From a virus, in the IMG/VR virus record IMGVR_UViG_3300010883_026915, positions 1 to 64,000 of that record: a DNA stretch of 64,000 bases; one strand, given 5' to 3'. The translations under genes were made by a program, and so were the position numbers. The notes beneath the pieces are model-generated. The model worked only from the letters and a program-made list of their open reading frames with translations, did not search any database and was not told the origin of the DNA. Each line of letters opens with the position of its first letter. Within the stretch, counting starts at the first letter, position 1. Below, piece after piece: positions 1-10,179 of the stretch.

Positions 1-2
1 AA

Positions 3-1061
3 TCAGGCGAAAGTGTTTCAATTATCCTTAATAGCCGCCCTAATATTGCTAGTACAAGCAGGATTGTATGGGACACAAATACTGACGGTGCATATGCACC
101 TGATGCACAAATTTATGAAACCGCAGGGGATCTTTATTTATCTGCCTCTGATGATATTAGAATTCGCGGAAATTTTGGAGACGTTGTTGTACAATCTGGC
201 GATGATATATTATTCCGCCCTGGTGATATACTTACCATAACTGAAGATTCTTCTGCATCTGGTAAATTTGTCGAGGTTTTTGCACAGCCTAGCAACTCTA
301 CATTCCACAACGTATTTGACATAGATGGTAGCAATGGAATTATAATAAATGATGCTGGTGAGTCTGCTTATGACTTTAGGGTTGAATCTAATCTTTTACA
401 AGGTATGTTTGTAGTAGATGCTGGTACAAATTGTGCAATTGTAAATTCACTTGTAACAGCAGCAGCTAGCGAAAAGCCAGGTCTTGGACAGGATGTTGCA
501 TTCTTCGTTTCCGGGACTAGGGATGGGATTAATGCAGTGGGCGCAGGTACTGCTCTTATGAGCGGTGACCTATTTGTCTCAGGTGCAATATATGAGGGAG
601 ATCAAGCTCTCTTATCAATGTACACTACTGATCATGCTGATAAGGTCGGTACATCCGCCAACACAGCTAACACAGAGTATGCAGTATTTGATGAAGACTA
701 TTATGATTCCGGCACACCCTTTGGAAGTGTTATTACATCTAAGAATTGTATTCTAACACCCAGTACAGGAATTCTTAGTGTAACTAGTACAAATCATGAC
801 AAGCGATTTATGGAACTTTCATTTACCCTGAGGTTATCTTCAGCCCAGACCGCAGAGGCTATTATAAAGGTCAAAGATAACGGAACACTCGGCAGCCTCA
901 TGTGGCAATCAGGACTTCTTGTAGTGGCAAATAACGAAATACCATTCTCAGCCACTATAATAGTACAAGTTGGTTCGAACCCAACAATTACTGTCCAGGG
1001 CGGCCTCGGCCAAACACTTCATACAAAATCAGGCTCTACACTCACTTATAGAAATGTCTAG
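3..1061 (+). CDS. Tail-fibre-like virion protein, 5'-truncated by the window edge
   Basis: The frame of ORF 405..1061 is open from base 3 (SGESVSIILNSRP...). It contains IINDAGESAYDFRVESNLLQGMFVVDAG, a DFRVES-type repeat typical of phage fibre proteins, and is S/T/G-rich. Confidence 0.65.
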   Translation, partial: SGESVSIILNSRPNIASTSRIVWDTNTDGAYAPDAQIYETAGDLYLSASDDIRIRGNFGDVVVQSGDDILFRPGDILTITEDSSASGKFVEVFAQPSNSTFHNVFDIDGSNGIIINDAGESAYDFRVESNLLQGMFVVDAGTNCAIVNSLVTAAASEKPGLGQDVAFFVSGTRDGINAVGAGTALMSGDLFVSGAIYEGDQALLSMYTTDHADKVGTSANTANTEYAVFDEDYYDSGTPFGSVITSKNCILTPSTGILSVTSTNHDKRFMELSFTLRLSSAQTAEAIIKVKDNGTLGSLMWQSGLLVVANNEIPFSATIIVQVGSNPTITVQGGLGQTLHTKSGSTLTYRNV

Positions 1062-1153
1062 ATAAATTATAAATATAGATTTAAACACTTCACTTTATGC
1101 ACTATAATATTAGTGGTAACTAATAGTCTATAATAGGCTTAAAAGAGGCATAA

Positions 1154-3076
1154 ATGTTTAATTCCCCATTTGGAAAAGAGGATAGCAATATTATAATACC
1201 TGATAGTAGTGATATTATTTTTGTTGCTGATATGTTTGCAGAAGATTATCTTGGCGGAGCAGAACTAACAACAGAGGCGATTATAAATAGCTCGGGAGAT
1301 TTAAAAGTCTTTAAAATAAAATCTTCTGATATTAATATGGATCTATTGTCTGCTGGAGTTGATAAACACTGGATTTTTTCCAATTTTTCACTAATGGATC
1401 CAAATTTAATACCTGCTATAATTGCAAATTTAAAATACTCAATTATAGAATATGATTTTAAGTTTTGCTCATATAGATCTATAGAAAAGCATTTTGCTTC
1501 AAAGAATGTAGATTGTGATTGTCACAATTCAATGCACGGAAAGATGATATCAGCTTTTTATCATGGCTCTCTAAACATATTCTGGATGTCAGAAAGTCAA
1601 AGAGACATATATTTTTCAAGATTTCCATTCCTAGATAATAAAAAATCAACAATTCTTAGCTCAGTTTTTTCAAGTGATTTTTTTGAAACTATTGCCTCCT
1701 TGCAAGACAATAAAAAGAATGAAAGATTTTTAATAATAGGCAGCACATCGTGGATAAAGGGTGTAGAAGACTCAATAGCTTACTGCAATGAAAATAACCT
1801 TGAACATGAGATAGTTTCTGGAGTATCACATAAAGAAATATTAAAAAAGATGTCAGAGTCTAAGGGTTATGTATTTTTACCGCGTGGAGGTGATACATGC
1901 CCAAGAACAGTAATTGAAGCAAAACTGCTTGGCTGTAAAATGATTCTAAATGATAATGTATTGCACAAGGACGAGACATGGTTTAGTACAGATGATGTGA
2001 GTGCTACAGTAGACTGGCTAATGTCAGGTCCATCAAGATTCTGGGCAGAGATCAACAGACAGCTATCTAGGCAGCCTGGAATAAGCGGATACACAACTAC
2101 ATACAATTGTATAGATCAAAACTATCCATTTGAAGCATGCATAGAATCCTTGCTTGGATTTTGTGATCAAGTTGTTATTGTAGATGGAGGATCTACAGAC
2201 GGAACAATTGACAAGCTTAGATCTCTATCTGACAAAAATGATAAAATATTGTTGCATATTCAAAATAGAGATTGGAGCGACAGTAGATTTGCCGTATTTG
2301 ATGGGCTTCAGAAGGCTCTTGCACGAGCAATGTGTACTGGAGAGCTTTGCTGGCAACAAGATTCAGATGAGGTTGTAAATCAAAATGACTATGATAAAAT
2401 TAAACAACTTGTTAGAAAAATTCCAAAAGGAATGGATTTAATAGCATTACCAGTCATTGAATTTTGGGGAAGCAATGGAAAGGTAAGAATAGATTCAACT
2501 CCGTGGAAGTGGAGGCTTTCTAGAAATAGACCACATATAACACATGGAATTCCAGCATCTTTAAGAATGTTTGATGAAGATGGAAAGCTATATGCACTAG
2601 AAGGTACAGACGGATGCGACTACATAAGATCAGATACATATGATCCTATACCGTTTACAAGCTTTTACTCACAAGATGTACATAATTTAAGAATACAAGC
2701 TCTGACAGGTGATGAAAATAGTATTTCTAGATATACAAACTGGTTTTCATCAACATGTATGTCACTACCTCCTGTGATTCACTACTCGTGGTATGATCTT
2801 GAAAGAAAAATTAAAACATATAAAAACTACTGGTCTAAGCATTGGCAAAGTCTTTATAATATAGCACAGGAGGATTTACCAGAAAACAATATGTTTTTCA
2901 ACAAGCCGTGGATAGATGTAACAGATGATGAAATATCTAAGCTATCAGAAAGGCTTGAAAATGAGATGGGTGGGTGGATATTTCATTCAAAAGTTGATTT
3001 TTCAAAACCGACACCATTCATAAAAGTTTCAGAAAGTATTCATCCTGAATGCATAAAGTATTGGCTAAGCAAATGA
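1154..3076 (+). CDS. Two-domain glycosyltransferase (GT-B/GT4-like N-terminus + GT2 C-terminus)
   Basis: N-half: GGAELT and FLPRGGDTCPRTVIEAKLLGC (GT4-like). C-half: YTTTYN...VVIVDGGSTDGT and QDSDE DxD motif (GT2). GAGG RBS upstream. Confidence 0.85.
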   Translation: MFNSPFGKEDSNIIIPDSSDIIFVADMFAEDYLGGAELTTEAIINSSGDLKVFKIKSSDINMDLLSAGVDKHWIFSNFSLMDPNLIPAIIANLKYSIIEYDFKFCSYRSIEKHFASKNVDCDCHNSMHGKMISAFYHGSLNIFWMSESQRDIYFSRFPFLDNKKSTILSSVFSSDFFETIASLQDNKKNERFLIIGSTSWIKGVEDSIAYCNENNLEHEIVSGVSHKEILKKMSESKGYVFLPRGGDTCPRTVIEAKLLGCKMILNDNVLHKDETWFSTDDVSATVDWLMSGPSRFWAEINRQLSRQPGISGYTTTYNCIDQNYPFEACIESLLGFCDQVVIVDGGSTDGTIDKLRSLSDKNDKILLHIQNRDWSDSRFAVFDGLQKALARAMCTGELCWQQDSDEVVNQNDYDKIKQLVRKIPKGMDLIALPVIEFWGSNGKVRIDSTPWKWRLSRNRPHITHGIPASLRMFDEDGKLYALEGTDGCDYIRSDTYDPIPFTSFYSQDVHNLRIQALTGDENSISRYTNWFSSTCMSLPPVIHYSWYDLERKIKTYKNYWSKHWQSLYNIAQEDLPENNMFFNKPWIDVTDDEISKLSERLENEMGGWIFHSKVDFSKPTPFIKVSESIHPECIKYWLSK

Positions 3077-3771
3077 AAGTAGTTTTTATAATACCGTGCT
3101 ATAATGCATCAAGCAACTTAAAAATACTATTTGACTCTCTTTGCTGTCAGAATAATAAAAACTGGTCTGCAATAATAATAGATGACATGTCTGAAGATTC
3201 TACATTTGATACTGCAATATCATTAAATTCTAAAAAAATTGAAGTAATAAAAAACTGTGAGAAAAAATATGCCCTAAAGAATATAGTTGAAACAGCAAGA
3301 AGGTTTCAAGATTCAGATGATACTATAATAGCAGTAGTAGACGGCGACGACTCTCTTTGTAATGAAAACACTGTATCTCTTTTAATCAAAGCATATAAAA
3401 GCAATAGTGATATTGTGTGGACAAAGCACAGATGGGATATAAATAATTTAAACATATCGAAAGAAATACCTCAAAATGTTGATCCATACGCCTGGCCGTG
3501 GTCATCATCACACTTACGAACATTTAAAAGTAATCTTATAAAAAAGGTAAGTGATTTAAATTTTAAAGATCACAATAGAGAATGGTTTAAAAGGGGATAT
3601 GATCAAGCACTAATGCTTCCTTTGTTGCATGTAGCAAGTAATTGGAAATATATTGATGAAGTTTGCTATTTGTATAATATTAACTCTGTTTCAATTCAGC
3701 ATAGAAACTATGAAGAAATTGATCAAATATCTACAATAAATATTGTAAGATCTCGAGGATTTCTTGGGTAG
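3073..3771 (+). CDS. GT2-family glycosyltransferase
   Basis: IIPCYNA...IIIDDMSEDST and VDGDD motifs. Start moved to the ATG at 3073 (ATGA overlap with the upstream stop). Confidence 0.9.
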   Translation: MKVVFIIPCYNASSNLKILFDSLCCQNNKNWSAIIIDDMSEDSTFDTAISLNSKKIEVIKNCEKKYALKNIVETARRFQDSDDTIIAVVDGDDSLCNENTVSLLIKAYKSNSDIVWTKHRWDINNLNISKEIPQNVDPYAWPWSSSHLRTFKSNLIKKVSDLNFKDHNREWFKRGYDQALMLPLLHVASNWKYIDEVCYLYNINSVSIQHRNYEEIDQISTINIVRSRGFLG

Positions 3772-3780
3772 GATAGTTTT

Positions 3781-4701
3781 GTGAATGTTTATCCTATAAA
3801 TTATAACCCAACATCTGACAGCGGCCCAAACTCATTTGCTAGAAGATTATTTTTAAATTTGAAAAACTATAAAGATTTTAATATATCAAACAGCCTTAGT
3901 GATGCTGATATTGAATTTTGCTTAATAGAGTCAAATATTAGAAAGATATCACCAAGAATTACAAGGTTGGATGGAATATACTTTAACAAAGCTCAAGATT
4001 TTAATTTATTAAACACAATAGTTAAGACAAACTATTTACACTCTGACTCTGTAGTATTCCAGACACAGTTTAATAAATTGTTGATTGAGTCGTGGTTTGG
4101 AGAACACAAAAATTCAAGTGTAATAGTAAATAGAGCTGATATGAGAGATATTGAAAAAATACAGCCAGCTGATTTTTCACAAACATTTCCAGGAAAAAAA
4201 GTTTGGTCATGTGCATCTTCATGGAGACCTCATAAAAGACTAAATGAAAATATAAGATACTTTATCGAGAATTCAGATAGTAATACTGTTTTATTAATTT
4301 GCGGCAAGGGTGTAGCAAAAGAGGACTTTTATGGATATGAAAACCTTATAAACAATAGAATATTTTATATTGGTCATTTAAAATGGGAATCTTTGATAAG
4401 TGTGTATAAATCAAGTAGTACCTTTATTCATTTATCATACCTGGATCATTGTCCAAACGTTGTAGTAGACGCTGCAGCATCAGGGTGTAATATTATTTGC
4501 TCTTCATCAGGAGGTACAAAAGAGATATCTTCTCTAAATAAGAAAATAATACATGAAAAAGAGTGGAATTTTGAACCAGTTGAGTTATACAAGCCGCCCA
4601 GGCTTGATTTTAGTAATTTCTCAAATATTTCTGAAGATAATATTAAAACAATAGATGATTCTAAAATAAAATATTATGAACAAATGGAAAAAATATTATG
4701 A
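3781..4701 (+). CDS. GT4-family (GT-B) glycosyltransferase
   Basis: SGPNSF N-terminal loop, WRPHKRL and SYLDHCPNVVVDAAASGC...SSSGGTKEI motifs. Confidence 0.85.
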   Translation: MNVYPINYNPTSDSGPNSFARRLFLNLKNYKDFNISNSLSDADIEFCLIESNIRKISPRITRLDGIYFNKAQDFNLLNTIVKTNYLHSDSVVFQTQFNKLLIESWFGEHKNSSVIVNRADMRDIEKIQPADFSQTFPGKKVWSCASSWRPHKRLNENIRYFIENSDSNTVLLICGKGVAKEDFYGYENLINNRIFYIGHLKWESLISVYKSSSTFIHLSYLDHCPNVVVDAAASGCNIICSSSGGTKEISSLNKKIIHEKEWNFEPVELYKPPRLDFSNFSNISEDNIKTIDDSKIKYYEQMEKIL

Positions 4702-5963
4702 TAAAAAATAGACATCATTCAACATATGAAGACTACGTTGAATTTCAAAAGAAAAAGACTTCCGATCCGGAAAAGAGAAAGAAGTGGCTTGGTGATGAAT
4801 GGGAAACAAAGTTACAAGATTTTAAAAGTGAAATTTCAAAAATATCTCAAGCACTAGATTCATCAAAGAAAGTTTTATGTGTAGGCGCAAGAACAGGACA
4901 AGAAGTCGAAGCATTTAAACAGTTAGGTGTTGAAGATGTAATAGGGATAGATATAGTTCCCAGTCTTCCGCTAGTAAAAGAAGGTGATATGAACTGTATA
5001 GATTTCAAAGATAACACATTTGATATAGTCTATACAAATAGTCTAGAATATGCATATGATATAAAAAATGTAATATCAGAAATTGAAAGAGTTACAAAGA
5101 TAGATGGATTTATATTTATTCAATGTAGAGTTGGCAATGAAGATTCTCAGGCTGAGTACAAGATAGAAAATCCCATATACGATATTTTGACAGTAACAAA
5201 TAGAAGTTTTTGTATGATATCACAACCGTCAGAACCAAACTCTCTTGGCTTAAACTTTGAAATAGTATTAAGAAAAGATAAAAATCTTTCACATTTATAT
5301 GAAAAATATGGAAATATTGAAACAATATCTGTTCCAGATGACTATCTAGAGCTATGGAATGATATAAACTTACCAATACAAACTAGCAAGCTTGATAATG
5401 CAAAGATAAATTCTAAAAAAGCAAGAAATAAAATACTTTCACAACTTTCAAAAAGATCTTATTATCTTACTAGAGTTGCTGAAGTATTTGAATCGAAAAG
5501 ATTTATTGAAGTTGGAACTGCTGAAGGCTGGCAATATTTTACATTTTGTAAATATGTTAAAGATAATTTTGATGATGGAATAGTTTATACATGTGATCCA
5601 AGAGATGTTAGAAATAAAAAATATGCTAGTATGTTCGACCAAGATTCTAGATTTAATTACATTTCAGGAACTAGTAAAGATATAGCATCTAAAAATATAA
5701 AAGCAAATTTCTTTTATATAGACGGTCTTCATGACAAAGATACTGTGATAAGAGATGTATTGACCTTAGAAAATTGTCAGCATAATGATTCTTTAAATAC
5801 ATGGATATTTGATGATTTTGATATAAGGTTTGGATGCTCACAGGATATAATGACATTATCACAGCTTTCAAAGTGTTTCAAAGTATATCACATTGGTGAT
5901 ACTGCCAGTGGACATCAATCACATCAGGTTCTTATGAGGGCAACCTTTCACGGTTCTAGCTAG
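4698..5963 (+). CDS. Tandem class I SAM-dependent methyltransferase (two domains)
   Basis: N-domain: VLCVGARTGQE...GIDIV...FDIVYTNS. C-domain: FIEVGTAEG...FYIDGLH...IFDDF (Methyltransf_24-like). Confidence 0.8.
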   Translation: MIKNRHHSTYEDYVEFQKKKTSDPEKRKKWLGDEWETKLQDFKSEISKISQALDSSKKVLCVGARTGQEVEAFKQLGVEDVIGIDIVPSLPLVKEGDMNCIDFKDNTFDIVYTNSLEYAYDIKNVISEIERVTKIDGFIFIQCRVGNEDSQAEYKIENPIYDILTVTNRSFCMISQPSEPNSLGLNFEIVLRKDKNLSHLYEKYGNIETISVPDDYLELWNDINLPIQTSKLDNAKINSKKARNKILSQLSKRSYYLTRVAEVFESKRFIEVGTAEGWQYFTFCKYVKDNFDDGIVYTCDPRDVRNKKYASMFDQDSRFNYISGTSKDIASKNIKANFFYIDGLHDKDTVIRDVLTLENCQHNDSLNTWIFDDFDIRFGCSQDIMTLSQLSKCFKVYHIGDTASGHQSHQVLMRATFHGSS

Positions 5964-6002
5964 TGCATCAATGAGTATGACAAAAACAACAGTGAGGCTT
6001 TA

Positions 6003-7001
6003 ATGAAAGTTTGTTTTTTAACTTCAAGTCCAAATATTGATATTGGCTCATATAGGATATGGGTTAATGATTTATCAAAAACTATTTCTGATATTGGAAA
6101 TGAATCAATAATTTGCATTAATGACTTGGATGATCAGAAGTACGATGCTATAATACTGTGTAAGTCTGCCTACAAGTGTGCTGACAAAATAAAGGATAAG
6201 TTTAAAAATATAAAAGTAGGAGCTATAAACATACCTTCAAATTATCAAAATCCAAATATAGATTTTGTAATAGTGGGTAGTTATGAAGAAAAGTGTTCAC
6301 TTAGCTTTTATAAAAATGTATTTGTATATCCACTCATAGAAAGACAATTTCAAAATATAGAAAGAAAGATTCATAAAAAAGAAGACATTACTAGAATATG
6401 TTTTCATGGACACTTTCCACATCTTGCCAAGTTTGAACCGTTTCTTAGATCAGCAATAGAGTCTATATCTGGATCTGGAAACAATATAGAGTTAGTTGTT
6501 ATTACCGGTGATAGTAGGTTTGACTGGAAACATGGAAAACCAAAAAATGTTAAAGTAGAAATGCATCAATATGATCAAAAAACAATTACAGAAATTATTA
6601 AATCATGTGATATTGGTGTTGTTCCAAATGTAACAGATATGAGACTTTATAATGGAGATGTTCAAAAACAAAATAGTGTTGAATATGGTCTTTATAGTAC
6701 AGACTACTTTTTAAGATTTAAAAATAAAACAAATGCAGGAAGAGCTTTTGTTTTTTATCAGCATGGAATACCAGTAATACATGATTTAAGCCCGAGTAGT
6801 TTTGAATTTATGGGAAAGTGTGAAAATAAAATTGTTGCACATGATACTGCATCCTGGTGTAGAGAGATACTATACCTTATGGATCACAATACTAGAAACA
6901 CCGTTTCAAAAGAAAATTTTGATGTTTTTAATAATCACTATGATCCACACGATCATGCGAAAAAACTAGTTAAATTTATAGGAGATATACATAATGAGTA
7001 A
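6003..7001 (+). CDS. Putative GT-B fold glycosyltransferase
   Basis: GSYRI N-terminal motif, CDIGVVP, KNKTNAGR...GIPVI resemble a GT-B C-terminal domain; cluster context. Confidence 0.65.
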   Translation: MKVCFLTSSPNIDIGSYRIWVNDLSKTISDIGNESIICINDLDDQKYDAIILCKSAYKCADKIKDKFKNIKVGAINIPSNYQNPNIDFVIVGSYEEKCSLSFYKNVFVYPLIERQFQNIERKIHKKEDITRICFHGHFPHLAKFEPFLRSAIESISGSGNNIELVVITGDSRFDWKHGKPKNVKVEMHQYDQKTITEIIKSCDIGVVPNVTDMRLYNGDVQKQNSVEYGLYSTDYFLRFKNKTNAGRAFVFYQHGIPVIHDLSPSSFEFMGKCENKIVAHDTASWCREILYLMDHNTRNTVSKENFDVFNNHYDPHDHAKKLVKFIGDIHNE

Positions 7002-7758
7002 TAAAGTTGCAGATAGAGGATTTTTATATATAGCATTTGGTGATGCTTTTACAAAAGAGGCACTAATGTCAATAAAGTCTCTTAAGCGGTTTAATGATGA
7101 GCCAGTAGCATTATTCACAGATGCTGAAAAGACACCTGAGATAGATAGTCTTGTAGATGTTTATGCAAAAATTCAACCTACACATACACGCGCAAAAGTT
7201 GACTTTGTCTCGCACTCACCGTTTAACAAAACAGTATATCTTGACTCCGATACTGTAGTTGTAAGAAATATATCTGACATGTTTGACATACTTGATAGAT
7301 TCGATGTAGGATTAACAAATGATTATGCAAGAAAGCGTACAAAGTACTCAAAAATTGTACCAGAGTATGCAGAAATACCATATGCATTTTCAGAAGTAAA
7401 CGGGGGAATTATGGCATATAATTCTTCACTTTCTACTCAGACATTTCTTTCAATGTGGAAAGAGTACTTTTATAAATATTTTAATGAAACAAATGGATGG
7501 GATCAGGTTAGTCTAAGAGTTGCTTTATGGCGTAGCAATGTAAGAATACATCATTTTCCATTTGAGTATAACATAAGAAGCAAGGGCAATAGGGAAAAAC
7601 AGGATAGATTTAAACATGAGTTCGGCGATCAGCACATGGCCCCAAGAGTATATCATCTCCATTATAATAGTGAGGTACACCAGGGAAAATTTAAATATAG
7701 CTTGAGAGACTTTGATGAGTTTGAAAAATCAATAATTGATCAATCTGTGTGGTATTAA
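6994..7758 (+). CDS. GT-A (GT8-like) nucleotide-diphospho-sugar transferase
   Basis: SPFNKTVYLDSDT (DxD), NGGIM, DQVSLR, PFEYN motifs. Confidence 0.8.
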   Translation: MSNKVADRGFLYIAFGDAFTKEALMSIKSLKRFNDEPVALFTDAEKTPEIDSLVDVYAKIQPTHTRAKVDFVSHSPFNKTVYLDSDTVVVRNISDMFDILDRFDVGLTNDYARKRTKYSKIVPEYAEIPYAFSEVNGGIMAYNSSLSTQTFLSMWKEYFYKYFNETNGWDQVSLRVALWRSNVRIHHFPFEYNIRSKGNREKQDRFKHEFGDQHMAPRVYHLHYNSEVHQGKFKYSLRDFDEFEKSIIDQSVWY

Positions 7759-7759
7759 A

Positions 7760-8389
7760 ATGCTATATATTTATGGTGAAAAGCATTGGAATAGTAATGA
7801 TGTTTATAGAAAAAATTTAAGAATTTTAAAAAGATTAAATCTAAATAGAGACTCTATAGTTATCGACGCGGGATTTCATTGCGGTGAAGAACTTCATTAT
7901 TTTAATAATATTGGTAGTATTACTCACGCATTTGAAATAAATAGGTTTCATTGTGAAAACATTTCTGAAATATACAAAGATAATGAAAGAATTAATATTT
8001 ATCAAAAAGCTGTATGGATCGAATATTGTAATATAGATGCATACGAGAAAATAGGAAATCCTCATGCTTCAATGAGTGTTATTTCAGATAAACATAATAT
8101 AGATAAAAATATAAGTTATAAAGTAGAAGCAATAGATCTTTCAGATTTTATTCTTAAGCTTAACAGCCGTGTCAACTTAGTTAAAATGGACATAGAGGGA
8201 GCAGAATATCATGTTATTGAAAAATTAATATATTCAGGTGCAATAGATATGATTGATCTAGTATTATTTGAAGATCATCGGGGGAAAATATCTAAAAAAA
8301 CCAGCCCAGCCTGGCATAGTAAAAGAAAAGAAGTTAAAGCGAAAATTAAAAAATTAAAACTACATGAAAAATTTGGTGATTGGCGGTAG
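7760..8389 (+). CDS. FkbM-family methyltransferase
   Basis: VIDAGFHCG, HAFEIN, KAVW, LVKMDIEGAEY. Start placed at the ATG at 7760, just after the upstream stop. Confidence 0.85.
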   Translation: MLYIYGEKHWNSNDVYRKNLRILKRLNLNRDSIVIDAGFHCGEELHYFNNIGSITHAFEINRFHCENISEIYKDNERINIYQKAVWIEYCNIDAYEKIGNPHASMSVISDKHNIDKNISYKVEAIDLSDFILKLNSRVNLVKMDIEGAEYHVIEKLIYSGAIDMIDLVLFEDHRGKISKKTSPAWHSKRKEVKAKIKKLKLHEKFGDWR

Positions 8390-8423
8390 GTGATTACATA
8401 ATTACTCTATGAGAGGTGATAAT

Positions 8424-9263
8424 ATGGAACCAAAAGAAAAACTTGCTGTGTGTAGTGTTATTAGTAATAGTCATTTAATATATCTTAAAGTTTTTATATA
8501 TTCTATCTTAAGACATAATCCTAAGTTTGATAGAGAGTATGTTGTCTTTTATAAAGATGGAGACATAGCTGAGGTCGACTTTAACCAGTTAAAAAAGATA
8601 TATAAAAATTTTATATTTAAAAAAATACCCACAGAGAAGTATAGAGAAAAAATAGGAGAAACACACGCGAAACAGTCTAAACATTCACAATCAATTAGAC
8701 TGTGGACATACTATAGAATTGAAATGTTCTCACTTATAGAGTATGATCAGATAATATGGTTTGATGTTGATATGCTTGTTATAAACAGCCTAGATGATCT
8801 TTTTAAAATGAGATACAATGAAGGGATTCTTGCCTGCGAAGATATTATTGCAAAGCATATTGTAAAAGATAATAGATATGAAAGAGATCACAAAGTACAA
8901 GGAGGCTTAGTTGTTTTAGGAAAAGATATAATAAGTAGCAATGTGTATAATGATTTGCTAAACTTGCTAAAGCATTCTGACAAATTTAAACTAAATGATC
9001 AATCAATGTTTTCAGAATATTTCGGAAGACAAGGAAAGATAAAGAAATTAAGCATAGTATATAATTGCGGCCAAAAGCTCTACCTAAGAAGACGCGAAAA
9101 TATCAAATTAAATTTAGAAAACACTAAAATAATTCACTTCGCAGGGTCTCAAAAGCCAATGTCTAAAGGCAACCGCCCGGCGAGAAGTGGGTCGCCTCCA
9201 CATAAAATATGGAAAAATTATATGAAAGATATGCTTAGTAAGTATGGATGGAAACAAGGTTGA
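8424..9263 (+). CDS. GT8-family glycosyltransferase
   Basis: YDQIIWFDVDMLV (DxD), NDQS, YN, IIHFAGSQKP. A GAGGTG RBS favours the ATG at 8424 over 8409. Confidence 0.9.
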   Translation: MEPKEKLAVCSVISNSHLIYLKVFIYSILRHNPKFDREYVVFYKDGDIAEVDFNQLKKIYKNFIFKKIPTEKYREKIGETHAKQSKHSQSIRLWTYYRIEMFSLIEYDQIIWFDVDMLVINSLDDLFKMRYNEGILACEDIIAKHIVKDNRYERDHKVQGGLVVLGKDIISSNVYNDLLNLLKHSDKFKLNDQSMFSEYFGRQGKIKKLSIVYNCGQKLYLRRRENIKLNLENTKIIHFAGSQKPMSKGNRPARSGSPPHKIWKNYMKDMLSKYGWKQG

Positions 9264-9270
9264 TTTTTGT

Positions 9271-9303
9271 CATAGATTTATAAAAAACATTTATAAATCT
9301 ATG
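9271..9303. promoter_or_regulatory. Perfect 14-bp inverted repeat (candidate operator or hairpin) upstream of neuB
   Basis: CATAGATTTATAAA-aaaca-TTTATAAATCTATG; the right arm runs into TGGTATCAT (extended -10-like, 9302..9310). Confidence 0.55.
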
Positions 9304-9341
9304 GTATCATGGTTTAATATAAAATTACAAAGAGGAAAAAA

Positions 9342-10178
9342 ATGAATACATTTGTAATAGCAGAAATTGGAATAAACCATAACGGTGATATCGAAATAGC
9401 AAAAAAGCTAATAGACGGAGCATATAAAGCAGGCTGTAATGCTGTAAAGTTTCAAAAAAGAACAATAGATATTGTCTATACACCTGAACAACTAAAGAGT
9501 GAAAGGCAGAGTCCATGGGGTTCAACACATAGAGATCAAAAAGAGGGCCTTGAGTTTGATTTCTCTGAGTATAAGGAGATTGATTTATATTGTAGGTCTT
9601 TAGGTATAGAGTGGTTTGCATCTGCCTGGGATGTTCCTAGTCAGAGATTTCTTTCTAATTTTGATATAAAATATAATAAAATAGCTTCTGCAATGCTAAC
9701 ACATAGAGATCTTTTAATGACAGTGGCAGCTGAGAAAAAGCATACTTTTATTTCTACTGGAATGAGTACTACTGATCAAATATCAAAAGCAATTAAAGTA
9801 TTTGAAAATGCTGGCTGCACTTATGAATTAATGCATTGCAATAGTGAATATCCTATGCCTGCTGAGAAAGCTAATTTAAATGTTATTAATACGCTTAGAG
9901 ATATATTTGATTGTAATGTAGGTTATAGTGGCCATGAAACATGCACAGGAATTAGCCTTGCAGCAGTTGCACTTGGTGCAACATCTATAGAAAGACATAT
10001 AACACTTGATAGATGCATGTATGGTAGTGATCAGGTAGCATCAATAGAAATAAAAAAATTAACATCTCTAGTTAGCGAGATTAGAAAGTTAGAGATTGCT
10101 CTGGGTGATGGTGTAAAAAAAGTAACTGAAAATGAAATCTCAGCAATGAAAAAGCTCAGGATTGTAGACACTCTCTGA
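9342..10178 (+). CDS. neuB: NeuB-family nonulosonate (sialic-acid-type) synthase, short form without the C-terminal SAF/AFP domain
   Basis: IAEIGINHNGD, AVKFQKR, KIASA, ISTGMS, MHCNSEYP, GYSGHE, IERHITLDR...GSD. Confidence 0.95.
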   Translation: MNTFVIAEIGINHNGDIEIAKKLIDGAYKAGCNAVKFQKRTIDIVYTPEQLKSERQSPWGSTHRDQKEGLEFDFSEYKEIDLYCRSLGIEWFASAWDVPSQRFLSNFDIKYNKIASAMLTHRDLLMTVAAEKKHTFISTGMSTTDQISKAIKVFENAGCTYELMHCNSEYPMPAEKANLNVINTLRDIFDCNVGYSGHETCTGISLAAVALGATSIERHITLDRCMYGSDQVASIEIKKLTSLVSEIRKLEIALGDGVKKVTENEISAMKKLRIVDTL

Positions 10179-10179
10179 G

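Noticed and set aside
1068-1075. T4 late promoter TATAAATA upstream of the island
   Set aside because: A single match in very AT-rich DNA, not repeated before the structural genes; insufficient support.
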